A DNA stretch of 59,211 nt from Thermococcus sp. (lineage in GTDB: Archaea > Methanobacteriota_B > Thermococci > Thermococcales > Thermococcaceae): NCBI RefSeq assembly GCF_017656495.1, contig NZ_JACDNS010000012.1:1-59211 (forward strand). The letters run 5' to 3'. The notes under the pieces were generated by a model that did not search any database, was not told the DNA's origin, and was given only the letters and a program-made list of their open reading frames with translations. Below, in pieces: positions 32,294-41,788 of this stretch (position 1 is its first letter; each line of letters starts with the position of its first letter). The position numbers were made by a program, and so were the translations under genes.

Positions 32294-33049
32294 ATGCTTC
32301 AGTATATCCTCAACATCTTCATTGGCTTTTTCATAGGTTTGATCGCTGGTCTATTCGGGATTGGCGGAGGTTTTCTAATAGTCCCTGTTCTAACTCTCAT
32401 GGGGTTGTCTATTCATGATGCAATTGGAACAAGTTTGGCATGCATATCTATGAGTTCTTTTGCATCTGCTTATGGGCATTTGAAGCGAAAAAACGTTCTT
32501 TTCAAAGTTGTGGTGTTAAAGGAAGCATTTTCAATCCCATCTGCATTGTTTGGTGCCTATATAACTGCATTCCTAAATACAAGGCAGTTAAGTGCGATAT
32601 TTGGTTTTGCTTTGATATACGTCGCATACAAGCTGATTAAAAAGCCCGAGATAGTCTCAACAAAAAAGAGGGTTAAAGTTGACTATAAGAAGGTTCCATT
32701 GGTGGGTATTATATCTGGCTTTTCTTCTGGGCTTTTGGGGATAAGCGGTGGAATTTTAAATGTTCCGCTGTTTTATTCGTTAGGGCTTCCAATTCACTAT
32801 GCCATTGGCACCTCAAGCGTCGCTTTACTCTTCACAGCTTTAGCAGGAGTAATTGGACATTACACCCTTGGGCAGGTTCATTTTGACAAAGCAATATTGT
32901 TAGCTCCAGGGTTGATATTAGGAGGTTTTTCAGGGGCTAGGCTTGCTCATAGCACACACCCAGAACGTCTTAAGAGTGGATTCTCGCTGATACTCATCAT
33001 AATCGCAATTAGGATGATCTTAAAAGGTTTGGGGTTTTCTGTGCCTTGA
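32294..33049 (+). CDS. TauE/SafE-family anion exporter (paralog 2)
   Basis: Same architecture and motifs as the upstream gene. Apparently leaderless: a TATA-like box lies about 28 bp upstream of the ATG. Confidence 0.6.
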   Translation: MLQYILNIFIGFFIGLIAGLFGIGGGFLIVPVLTLMGLSIHDAIGTSLACISMSSFASAYGHLKRKNVLFKVVVLKEAFSIPSALFGAYITAFLNTRQLSAIFGFALIYVAYKLIKKPEIVSTKKRVKVDYKKVPLVGIISGFSSGLLGISGGILNVPLFYSLGLPIHYAIGTSSVALLFTALAGVIGHYTLGQVHFDKAILLAPGLILGGFSGARLAHSTHPERLKSGFSLILIIIAIRMILKGLGFSVP

Positions 33050-33134
33050 TTGTTTCATAACCTAAGTCAGCTAACTATTTGCCATGGCATTCTTGAGCCT
33101 GGGCTTTGCTCTGGTGATGCCTATCGATAATTCT

Positions 33135-33617
33135 CTAACTCTTTCTTAGCTTTATGTACAACAAAAGTGCAGCAAAGCTTACCAAAAGCTCTGCTATTAT
33201 CAGAGGTAAATCATACGGATAGTAGAGCCTGTGAATATGTATAAGGCTTGGAATAAAGAGCATGAGAGCTAATACCATGCTTACTGGACAAAGTATTAGG
33301 AAGTCTTTGAATGAAAAGTTAGGGTTTATGTCAGCAACCACAAGTTTGGAAATATAGTATGAAAAGGATACTAACAGTGCAGCAAATATTAAATAGCCCC
33401 CAATTACTTTCTTCCCAAGTTTTTCACGGTTCCAAAAAGCGTATATGAGAACAAGTGGTATGGTTCCTACATAAGCTTCCAGCCATGCTGACAAATCTTT
33501 TAGGAAGCCATAGGGGGCATCGAAGTTGGCAAAAGCTACTGCTCCAGGTTGAAGAACAGCCAAAGCGAGGAGATTAACTAAGAGAAATTTAAGTTGTTCC
33601 CTCTTCAAGAACGTCAC
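33135..33617 (-). CDS. hypothetical membrane protein (160 aa, 4-5 TM)
   Basis: Hydrophobic ORF only. Confidence 0.35.
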   Translation of the reverse strand: MTFLKREQLKFLLVNLLALAVLQPGAVAFANFDAPYGFLKDLSAWLEAYVGTIPLVLIYAFWNREKLGKKVIGGYLIFAALLVSFSYYISKLVVADINPNFSFKDFLILCPVSMVLALMLFIPSLIHIHRLYYPYDLPLIIAELLVSFAALLLYIKLRKS

Positions 33618-33737
33618 CCTATCAAATTTTAATTTTGCAGTATTTATCCTTTTTCTTATCGTTTCAAATTCAAAATCTTGGAATTTTCTTGCTCAAAAAG
33701 GTTAAATACTAGAAGAGCAAATCAAAATCAATAAGTG

Positions 33738-33755
33738 GAACGTTTCGAAACGTTC
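33738..33755. promoter_or_regulatory. perfect 18-bp palindrome GAACGTTTCGAAACGTTC, candidate operator
   Basis: Exact dyad symmetry, located about 55 bp upstream of the ATG at 33810 and just upstream of a TATA-like TAAAATAAG. Confidence 0.45.
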
Positions 33756-33809
33756 TTTTCACCGGGTTCCTAAAATAAGTCAAAATCACACTCATAATTG
33801 GTGATGTCC

Positions 33810-35003
33810 ATGAGATGGGGTGCCTTGGCACTAGTAGTGTTGCTTCTTGGAAGTTTGATACCATTAAGCATGGCCCAAGATGAAGCCAGCAATACAACAG
33901 AGATTCAGCAATTAACCCTTGACAATGCAACAAGGGAGCAGATAATTGCAGAACATCTTATTAACCAACTTATGAAACTAAGTGAGTTTACTGAAAAAAG
34001 AGTTGAACCAATAAAGGACAAGCTTCCTGAGAACTCAACAATATTAATTCACTATGAGAAAGCAGAGGAGTATAAGGAAAAAGCACTTGAAGAATTCAAC
34101 AATGGTGATTATTACAACTCAATACTTGATGCGTTAACTGCAATGCACCACTACAAGATTGTTCTGAGAGAGTTAAAAGAAGGAAAAGAAAAAGTTGAGA
34201 AGGCAAGAGAGTGGATAAGAGCTGAGATAGTGAGAACAATTCAATACTTCAAATTCGTTGAGAAGACAATCCACATGGCTGAAAAAGAGGGAATTGACGT
34301 TAGCGACTTGACAAGGCTTTACAATGAAACAAGGCAAGCATATAAGGTTGTGTTAGAGGATATTAAGGCAAAAGATTTTGAAAAAGCAAGAGAGGATCTT
34401 CAAATAGCAAAGGAAAAGAAAGCACAGCTTGATGAAGAATTAAGGAAGGTTAGAAAAGAACTGGCTTATGCAAATGCTGACAAAATTGTGAAAGAGTTCT
34501 TAATTAGAACTGAAAAAGGCATAACTTTTGCAGAGAGGGCAATACAAGAAGCAAAGAAGAGGGGGATAGACACATCAGAAGCAGAAGCTAAACTTGAAGA
34601 GATAAAAGCTATTTACGAACAAGTCAAAAACCTAGCAGAACAAGAAAAGTGGGAAGATGCTCTAACAGTGATAATTGAAAACAAGCCAAAGATTGACGCA
34701 TTTTTCAGGAGCCTCAACAAGATTCACGAAAGAGTGGTTGAGAAGAAGATAAAAAGAGACGTTAGTGCATTCCTCAGAGAGATGCAAGATAGGATTAGAA
34801 AAGATGCCAGAGCATTACAAGAGCTCAAAAACAGAGGAGTTGACACAAGAAGAGCTGAAATTGAGCTTAGAACTGCTGCACAAGAGTTACAAATAGGATT
34901 GAGACTGCTCAAGGAAAGGAAGCCAGCCCTAGCAAGAGAACACTTTGGCATTGCATTGAGACTGCTCTACAATGTTGAGCAGTTTATCCTCTTTCACTCC
35001 TGA
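33810..35003 (+). CDS. secreted coiled-coil protein with signal peptide
   Basis: MRWGALALVVLLLGSLIPLSMAQ is a signal peptide. It is followed by about 370 aa of heptad-rich, Lys/Glu-rich helical repeats. Start trimmed to the ATG preceded by GGTGA. Confidence 0.45.
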   Translation: MRWGALALVVLLLGSLIPLSMAQDEASNTTEIQQLTLDNATREQIIAEHLINQLMKLSEFTEKRVEPIKDKLPENSTILIHYEKAEEYKEKALEEFNNGDYYNSILDALTAMHHYKIVLRELKEGKEKVEKAREWIRAEIVRTIQYFKFVEKTIHMAEKEGIDVSDLTRLYNETRQAYKVVLEDIKAKDFEKAREDLQIAKEKKAQLDEELRKVRKELAYANADKIVKEFLIRTEKGITFAERAIQEAKKRGIDTSEAEAKLEEIKAIYEQVKNLAEQEKWEDALTVIIENKPKIDAFFRSLNKIHERVVEKKIKRDVSAFLREMQDRIRKDARALQELKNRGVDTRRAEIELRTAAQELQIGLRLLKERKPALAREHFGIALRLLYNVEQFILFHS

Positions 35004-35029
35004 GTTTTTCATTTTTTGGAGGTGATTAA

Positions 35030-35866
35030 ATGAAAAGAATCATGGCTTTAATTGGCCTCGCTTTGCTTGTGATTCCACCATTAGTTAGTGCCGAATTTAC
35101 AGTTTCTGATTTGGAACTTACTGTTTATAGGGATGGATACGTTGAAGTTTATTATCAAATTATTCCAAGTGACTATGCTGTTCAAATAAGTGTTCCTCTT
35201 TTAGGTGAGAATTATGAAAATCTCATTATAGAAGATGAAAATGGAAACCCTCTCAATTTTGAGGTTTCCGGAAATAATGTAATAATTTATGTTAACGATG
35301 CCCAACTTATAAAAGTCTCATATTACACTCCCGATTTAACTTCTAAGCAGGGGCTTGTTTGGACTTTAAATGTCTCGTCTCAGTATTCATTTAAGGTTGT
35401 GCTTCCTGAGGATGCAATAATCGTTGATTTGAGTGATATACCCCTTTTAATAAGCTCAAATATCATTTCTATGCCCCCAGGAAATCAAAGTATATCATAC
35501 ACTTTAGAATACGGCATAGAAGAGAGATCTCAAAATGCAGTATATTATCTCCTTGCAGGGATTTTGGTTATTAGTGCAGTATTCATCGGAATAAAACTAA
35601 TTTCCAATAAAAAGCCCTCTAAGAGCATTAAAATTGACAGAGAGGCATTTTTAAAAAAGATGGAAAGATTTGACCTAAATGATGAAGAAAGAAACGCACT
35701 GCTATATATCCTCGAAAAAGGCGGAAGGGCAAGTCAAGCTGAAGTCAGGAGTGCTCTTGGGCTTCCAAAAACTACAGCATGGAGGATGTTCAAACGCCTT
35801 GAAAAACAGGGATTGGTTAGGATAATCAAAGGAAGAAAAGAAAACTGGGTGGAGCTTAGACCTTAA
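35030..35866 (+). CDS. membrane-anchored transcription regulator-like protein: signal peptide, extracytoplasmic beta-rich domain, one TM helix, cytoplasmic winged HTH
   Basis: The C-terminus LNDEERNALLYILEKGGRASQAEVRSALGLPKTTAWRMFKRLEKQGLVRI is a MarR/TrmB-like wHTH. A hydrophobic helix (LLAGILVISAVFIGIKLI) precedes it. GGAGGTGA RBS present. Confidence 0.5.
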   Translation: MKRIMALIGLALLVIPPLVSAEFTVSDLELTVYRDGYVEVYYQIIPSDYAVQISVPLLGENYENLIIEDENGNPLNFEVSGNNVIIYVNDAQLIKVSYYTPDLTSKQGLVWTLNVSSQYSFKVVLPEDAIIVDLSDIPLLISSNIISMPPGNQSISYTLEYGIEERSQNAVYYLLAGILVISAVFIGIKLISNKKPSKSIKIDREAFLKKMERFDLNDEERNALLYILEKGGRASQAEVRSALGLPKTTAWRMFKRLEKQGLVRIIKGRKENWVELRP

Positions 35867-38061
35867 TGAACTCTTGCTCCCAATTTTACTTCTTTATCTG
35901 GCACAAGTAAAGCTACATTCTTACCGTCATCTGCAGCCAAAAGCATTCCTTGGCTTTCAACTCCTCTAAGCTTCTTTGGTTCGAGGTTTGTTATAATCAC
36001 AACGTATTTGTTGACCAACTCCTCTTTGCTGTAGTACTTCTTAAGTCCCGCAACTAACTGTCTAACTTCGCTTCCGAGGTCAACTTTGACGATGTAGAGT
36101 TTATCCGCATTTGGGTGGTCTTCAACTTCGATTATTTTTCCAACCCTTAGGTCGAGCTTTGCAAACTCATCAAACTTCACGTACTCCACTTTTTTCTCCT
36201 CCTTTTTCTTTTCCTTCTTCTCAAGTTTTTCCTTGTAAATGCTCTTAAGTATTGCCATTGCTTCATCCTTTCTCTCCTTGCCGAACTTCTCGAGGGTAAC
36301 CTTTACGACTTCATCCATCTTATAGTATTTTTCAAGAAGAAGCTTTGCACTCTCTGGATTTCCTCTGGCGATGTGTTTGACTATGAAGAATATGATGTCC
36401 TCATCAGTGACTTTCCTAAAGAGTATTTCAGCTTTTCTAACCTTATGTCCAGCTGGAATTTCGGTGAATTCCCACTTTTTAAGCTCCTCAAGGTTTAAGA
36501 GGTGCCATATTTTTTCGCTCGCATCTGGGAGGAATGGCTCAATGAGTATTCCAAGGGCTTTGACTATCTGGAGGGAAACATTAACTGTTGTTGCTGTTCT
36601 CTGTTTGTCAGTCTTTGCGGTCTTCCAAGGCTGCTGGTAATCGAAGTAGCGATTTCCAAAGGCAGCAAGTGCCATTACCCTCTTCAGTGCATCTTTGAAG
36701 CGGTATTTTGTTATTAGCTCTCCGACTTCCTCAAATGCCTTTTCGATTTCCTCGAACGCTTGTCTATCTAATTCATCAAGCTCTCCTCTCTCAGGAACTT
36801 TTCCGTCGAAATACCTGTTAACAAAGGTTAAAGCTCTATGGACAAAGTTTCCGAGGATGTTAACCAATTCCTCGTTTATCTTTGCTTTAAAGTCCTTGAA
36901 GTTAAAGTCTGAATCCCTCGTTTCGGGCATTATTGCCGTTAGGTAGTATCGGAGGTAGTCAGCGGGAAATTCATCTAAGAATTCATGAACCCAAATAGCC
37001 CAGTTTCTGCTGGTTGAGAACTTTTTACCCTCCAAGTTGAGATATTCGTTGGCTGGAATATCATAAGGCAGTAACCACTCAAATTCTCCGTTCCCATCTT
37101 TAAACTTTCCATAGCTCATTAGGAAAGCTGGCCAGAAAATTGCATGGAATGGTATATTGTCCTTTCCGATAAAATGGATTATTCTTGTTTCTTCTCCGTC
37201 ATAATTTGATAACCAGTACTTTTTCCATTCTTCTTCTTTGCCTATGCGTTTGAAGTGCTCAATTGTTATCGATATGTAGCCTATTGGGGCCTCAAACCAA
37301 ACGTAGAGGACTTTGCCTTTCATATCCTCGTCTTCAATGGGTACCGGAATTCCCCAGTTCAAGTCTCTGGTTATAGCTCTCTCTTCGAGTCCTTCCTTTA
37401 TCCATCCAAGAACGGTATTCCTAACGTTGGGCTTCCAGTGTTCATTACCCTCAATCCACTTTCTAAGCTTTTCCTGGAAGTCTTGCATTTTAATATAATA
37501 GTGAGCAGAATCTTTGAAGGTTATGGGATTTCCACATATATTACACCTTGGATTTATCAAAATTTCAGGAGTTAGCGGTCTACCACAAACTTCACACTGG
37601 TCTCCTCTCTGCTCTTCAGCACCGCAATATGGACAAGTTCCAATTACATATCTATCAGGGAGGAACATTTTATCATGCTCACAATAAGCTTGCTTTGTTA
37701 TCTTCTTTACAAGATGTCCATTCTCAAGGGCTTTTAGGAAGAAATCCTGGCTGACCTTGTAGTGAACTGGCAACTCTGTCCTTCCAAAGTAATCAAAGCT
37801 TATTTTAGCCCTTGCAAAAGTGGTCTTTATGTGTTCATAATAGTAGTCAACAATCTCTCTCGGACTCTTGCCTTCTTTTAATGCCCTAAATGTTATCGGT
37901 GTTCCATGTTCGTCAGTTCCACAGATATAGATGACATCTTCTCCTTTTAGTCTGAGATATCGAACAAAGATATCCGCTGGCAGATATGCTCCAGCCAAAT
38001 GTCCTGCATGGATGGGGCCATTAGCGTAAGGTAGGGCTGATGTTACCATATATCTTGTCAT
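35863..38061 (-). CDS. metG: methionyl-tRNA synthetase with C-terminal tRNA-binding (EMAP/Trbp111-like) domain
   Basis: VTSALPYANGPIHAGH is the HIGH motif. Two zinc knuckles are present (CPYCG, CEVCG), and KFSTSRN is the KMSKS motif. The C-terminal OB-fold region reads LDLRVGKIIEVEDHPNADKLY. Start set at the ATG with GAGGTGAT upstream. Confidence 0.9.
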   Translation of the reverse strand: MTRYMVTSALPYANGPIHAGHLAGAYLPADIFVRYLRLKGEDVIYICGTDEHGTPITFRALKEGKSPREIVDYYYEHIKTTFARAKISFDYFGRTELPVHYKVSQDFFLKALENGHLVKKITKQAYCEHDKMFLPDRYVIGTCPYCGAEEQRGDQCEVCGRPLTPEILINPRCNICGNPITFKDSAHYYIKMQDFQEKLRKWIEGNEHWKPNVRNTVLGWIKEGLEERAITRDLNWGIPVPIEDEDMKGKVLYVWFEAPIGYISITIEHFKRIGKEEEWKKYWLSNYDGEETRIIHFIGKDNIPFHAIFWPAFLMSYGKFKDGNGEFEWLLPYDIPANEYLNLEGKKFSTSRNWAIWVHEFLDEFPADYLRYYLTAIMPETRDSDFNFKDFKAKINEELVNILGNFVHRALTFVNRYFDGKVPERGELDELDRQAFEEIEKAFEEVGELITKYRFKDALKRVMALAAFGNRYFDYQQPWKTAKTDKQRTATTVNVSLQIVKALGILIEPFLPDASEKIWHLLNLEELKKWEFTEIPAGHKVRKAEILFRKVTDEDIIFFIVKHIARGNPESAKLLLEKYYKMDEVVKVTLEKFGKERKDEAMAILKSIYKEKLEKKEKKKEEKKVEYVKFDEFAKLDLRVGKIIEVEDHPNADKLYIVKVDLGSEVRQLVAGLKKYYSKEELVNKYVVIITNLEPKKLRGVESQGMLLAADDGKNVALLVPDKEVKLGARVH

Positions 38062-38230
38062 CGTTATCACCTCGAAAAACTAACGTTATTGGCTTTATAA
38101 GTGCTGTGAAATTTAAACATTACGGTGAGTTATTTTTAAGGGATAAAAATATGCTTAGTTATGCATAAACAAATGTCATAATCCACCGAACATTATTTAA
38201 CATAAGAGCAGAAAGTCTTTTGGTGGTTAC

Positions 38231-38584
38231 ATGAAAGCACGAGTAAGGGAGAAATTTAAATTTGATGCAGCTCATGCAGTTGTTATTAACGGGGAGCCAG
38301 AAGAAATCCACGGTCATACTTTCAGACTTGAGGTAGTTGTGGAGGGAGAGCTTAGAGAGGGGTATGTAATTGATTTTCTAGAGCTCAGAAAGATTGTTGA
38401 AGATGTTATAGCTAACTTAAGGCATAAAAATCTCAATAGGTTTTTTGATAATCCCACCACTGAAAATATAGCACTGTGGATTGCTCAAAAGATTAGAGAG
38501 AAACTGCCTTCAAATGTCAGACTTCAGAGAATTATTCTTTGGGAAGGAGACGAAAATGGAGTTGAGTTTGAATTTGAAGAATAG
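38231..38584 (+). CDS. 6-pyruvoyl-tetrahydropterin synthase family protein (PTPS/QueD-like, Cys-less)
   Basis: KFKFDAAH and HGHTFRLEV match the PTPS zinc-binding His triad layout. 117 aa. Confidence 0.6.
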   Translation: MKARVREKFKFDAAHAVVINGEPEEIHGHTFRLEVVVEGELREGYVIDFLELRKIVEDVIANLRHKNLNRFFDNPTTENIALWIAQKIREKLPSNVRLQRIILWEGDENGVEFEFEE

Positions 38585-38599
38585 AAAAGAAAGTAAGAA

Positions 38600-39925
38600 T
38601 CACTTTCCAGCAATCTTGACATCCTCAAAGGCAACCCATGGTGTTATTGTCGTTCCGTGGAATGGAATTACCTTCTGCTCTTTGCTGATTGCGTAAATCT
38701 GATTGATTAGTTCGTAAACATTGCCGCTCATCATGAAGACTGTTGAGCCTTTGACTTCTCCGTTCTCAATTAGGAAAGCCGGATTTGCTACAACGGCAAA
38801 GTTTCCATTGTCCGGGTTACTTGAGTGCGCTCCTTGGAAGCCATCAACAAGATAACCATGCTTAATCTCAGATATCAAGTCGCTTAGGCTTTCTTTTCCT
38901 TTCTCAATGACAATGCTATGGAAACCTATGCCAACTCCACCTGTTGAGAGATTTCTTGTTCCATTTCCTGTGCTTTCTGTCCCATAAACTTTAGCCCAGT
39001 AGTTGTTCCATACGAAGCCTTTGAAGATGCCATTTTCAATGAGAATGTTCTTTCTCGTTGGAACTCCTTCATCGTCAGCTATAACTGGCTTTAAGCTGAG
39101 CTCATGGAACGGATCGTCATAAATCGTCAAGAGCTCACTTGCAATTTTTTGCTCGACTTTGTTAAGCAGTGGTGTTGTTTCTTTAATTACCCTTTCACCA
39201 CTGAAGGCTGGGAAGAGGGCATAACTTAAAAGGGAAGCCATCGCCCATGGCCCAACTATCACCTTTGCTTCTTCGGTCTTGCTCTTCTCAACATTGTAGG
39301 CCCACTTAACTTTTTGGGCAACTTCTTCAACAATCTTTTCAACCTCAAGGTTCAAGTTGAGCTTGGCATCAAATTCAAATATTCCCGGTGTTACATTGCC
39401 GTTCTTTCTTCCTATAAGCTGGAGATAAAAGAACGCTCCTCCCCCTTCTTGAAAGACATCTATACCATGGGAGTTTACTATTAAGCTCTCGCTCCACTGA
39501 GCACCGCCACCACCGCCAGCAACAACAAAGCCTTTGTCCTTTTCTAAGGCAAGCTTGATAGCTTTGGTTGCTAAGTCTACAAAGTAATCTGGAGAAACCT
39601 CTTTAACTTCTTTGCTTATCTTCTTTGGCTCTCTATATTTGTCAGGCTCCGGAAGTGAAATCCATTTCTCGTCGGGAGCATTGAGCTTAGCCATCTTGTA
39701 TGCTTCTTCAATTGCCTTCTTGATTTCCTCTTTATCCTCGCTGTCAATTATGCTTATCCCTATGCGTTTATCTATTATGCCCCTAATTACAGTAATTGTT
39801 CTTTGCCTCACAGAGGAAGTTGAGACCTCATTAAGCTCAATGTTAACTCCAACGTCTCTGTTTCTATACACAGCAATCTCAAGCTCGTCAAAAAACTTTT
39901 CTCCATAGCGGATGAGCTCTTCCAT
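38600..39925 (-). CDS. pmbA: PmbA/TldE-type partner of the TldD metalloprotease
   Basis: It is a paralog of the upstream gene but lacks the HExxxH motif. GGGTGA RBS present. Start trimmed to ATG. Confidence 0.65.
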   Translation of the reverse strand: MEELIRYGEKFFDELEIAVYRNRDVGVNIELNEVSTSSVRQRTITVIRGIIDKRIGISIIDSEDKEEIKKAIEEAYKMAKLNAPDEKWISLPEPDKYREPKKISKEVKEVSPDYFVDLATKAIKLALEKDKGFVVAGGGGGAQWSESLIVNSHGIDVFQEGGGAFFYLQLIGRKNGNVTPGIFEFDAKLNLNLEVEKIVEEVAQKVKWAYNVEKSKTEEAKVIVGPWAMASLLSYALFPAFSGERVIKETTPLLNKVEQKIASELLTIYDDPFHELSLKPVIADDEGVPTRKNILIENGIFKGFVWNNYWAKVYGTESTGNGTRNLSTGGVGIGFHSIVIEKGKESLSDLISEIKHGYLVDGFQGAHSSNPDNGNFAVVANPAFLIENGEVKGSTVFMMSGNVYELINQIYAISKEQKVIPFHGTTITPWVAFEDVKIAGK

Positions 39926-39930
39926 TTCAA

Positions 39931-41301
39931 TCACCCGATAATTATTCCTCCATCAAATCTCATGTGAGGTCCTCCGGAACTAACAAATGCTGTCTGTCCC
40001 TTTCCACAGAAACCTGTCTCAATTCCAAAGTCCTTTCCCACAGCAGTTATCTTCTTTAAAGCTTCAATTGCGATTCCACTGATGGAAGTGTCTCTTATTG
40101 GCTTCGTAATCTCGCCGTTCTCGATCATATAGCCCTCTTGTACACCAACTTGGAATGCTGAATTGAGCTGAGCTTGACCTCCTCTAAAGTCAACGACATA
40201 ATAGCCGAACTTAATATCCTCAATCATCTCCTCAAAGCTCCAGTCACCGGGCTCAAACACTGTGTTGCGCATTCTGATAATTGGTGGAAAAGTGTAGTCT
40301 TGAGCTCTCGCATGTCCGTTTGGCTCAATTCCCCACTTGTGGGCATATTCTCTATTGACCATGAGTTCCTTCAGAATTCCGTTCTCGATGATGTGAATAT
40401 CTTTAACGGGAACGCCCTCATCATCGTATTTGTCGTTTCCAAAGCCGCCATCGACAATTCTCTCGCTCATTGTAACGAACTCAGGTGCAATCTGCTTACC
40501 CATGAGATCCTTAAACGGTGAGTTAATTGTAAGATCAGCCTCAGCCAAATGACCTAAAGCCTCGTGAGCAATGATTCCAACTATAATTGGTCCCGCAACA
40601 ATCGGGAATTCTCCTCTCTTTGGTGCAACGCCGTTAAGCTGAGCGTGGAGCTTCTTTAGAACTCTTTGAGCAACAACTTCATTGGTTTCCTTTGTTTCAA
40701 ATATCTCCCAGCCATAATCCACCTGCCCTATTGAGTCTCTGCTTGCAGCTAACTTATCTCCTTTCTTTCCAGTTGTCCAGATGTACTGGACAAGATAGTT
40801 GACGTCCCATTTTATATTTGTTCCTTCGTTTGTGAGGAGAATCTTTTCACCGCTTGCATCTTCATAGCGAATCATTGTGGACTTGACGACTTTATCTTCC
40901 TTAAGGAGTTTTTCAAGTTCTCTGAGATGCCCAATTTTGTCATCAATGTTAACTTCAACGGGTTTAATCTTCATCTTGCTCTTTACTATGTCTTCAACGG
41001 GCTTTATTTCCGCAAGCTGAATCTTTTCTCTCTTTGCTTTTGCTCCAGCTTTTGCTAACTTGTATGCCTCTTCAATTGCCTTTTCTAAGTTCTCTAAGCG
41101 GTTGGTTGAAGAAAATCCCCAAGCTCCATCTGCAAGAACCCTTATTGCAACTCCTCTTTGGATTTTTCCAGTGAAGGTCACAAAAGTTCCATCCTTAAGT
41201 TCAAGATTTGTTTTTTTGAGGTTCTCATAGCGTAGCTCTATGTATTCTGCTTTCAAATTGTTCATAGCCCACTCAAGGGCTTTTTCGAGAACATCTTGCA
41301 T
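39931..41301 (-). CDS. tldD: TldD metalloprotease
   Basis: AHEALGHLAEAD is the HExxxH motif, in a TldD/PmbA fold. GAGGTGG RBS present. Confidence 0.75.
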   Translation of the reverse strand: MQDVLEKALEWAMNNLKAEYIELRYENLKKTNLELKDGTFVTFTGKIQRGVAIRVLADGAWGFSSTNRLENLEKAIEEAYKLAKAGAKAKREKIQLAEIKPVEDIVKSKMKIKPVEVNIDDKIGHLRELEKLLKEDKVVKSTMIRYEDASGEKILLTNEGTNIKWDVNYLVQYIWTTGKKGDKLAASRDSIGQVDYGWEIFETKETNEVVAQRVLKKLHAQLNGVAPKRGEFPIVAGPIIVGIIAHEALGHLAEADLTINSPFKDLMGKQIAPEFVTMSERIVDGGFGNDKYDDEGVPVKDIHIIENGILKELMVNREYAHKWGIEPNGHARAQDYTFPPIIRMRNTVFEPGDWSFEEMIEDIKFGYYVVDFRGGQAQLNSAFQVGVQEGYMIENGEITKPIRDTSISGIAIEALKKITAVGKDFGIETGFCGKGQTAFVSSGGPHMRFDGGIIIG

Positions 41302-41443
41302 ATTGACCACCTCAAATTTATCTCTGAAGTAATTTACATTACCACAATATAAAAGGATTTTGCGCAGATTTGAACACTTAAATACTCATCTGAAGGAAGT
41401 CTTTTTAGGGGAGTAAAACTAGATTACACCGGAGGTGAGGGAT

Positions 41444-41785
41444 ATGAAAGCCGAAATTAATGAGTTCATTGACAAGGGAACTTATAGGAAAGCCCCATTG
41501 TTTGAAAGTGAGCTTCCTGAAGGGAGTTACGCTCAAATAGTTGAGATTAAACCAAAGCAAACTGTTCCAAAACACTATCATGAAAGACAGTACGAGCTGT
41601 TCTACATAATAAGTGGAGAAGCAAAGCTTGGTATTGGAGAGAAAGAGTACAATGCAAAACCTGGAGACATCTTTTTGGTCAAGCCTAAGACTGTTCACTG
41701 GGTTATCAATGAAAATGAAGAGCCGTTTAGGCTTTTTGTTGTTAAGCTGAACTACTTCGGAGATGATAGCGTTTGGCTTGAGTGA
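41444..41785 (+). CDS. cupin-domain protein
   Basis: HYHERQYELFYIISGEA and VHWVINE are the two cupin motifs. GGAGGTGA RBS 5 nt upstream. Confidence 0.55.
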   Translation: MKAEINEFIDKGTYRKAPLFESELPEGSYAQIVEIKPKQTVPKHYHERQYELFYIISGEAKLGIGEKEYNAKPGDIFLVKPKTVHWVINENEEPFRLFVVKLNYFGDDSVWLE

Positions 41786-41788
41786 TTT

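Noticed and set aside
41405-41698. A 97-aa minus-strand ORF overlaps the cupin gene.
   Set aside because: It is antisense to a gene with clear cupin motifs and a strong RBS.
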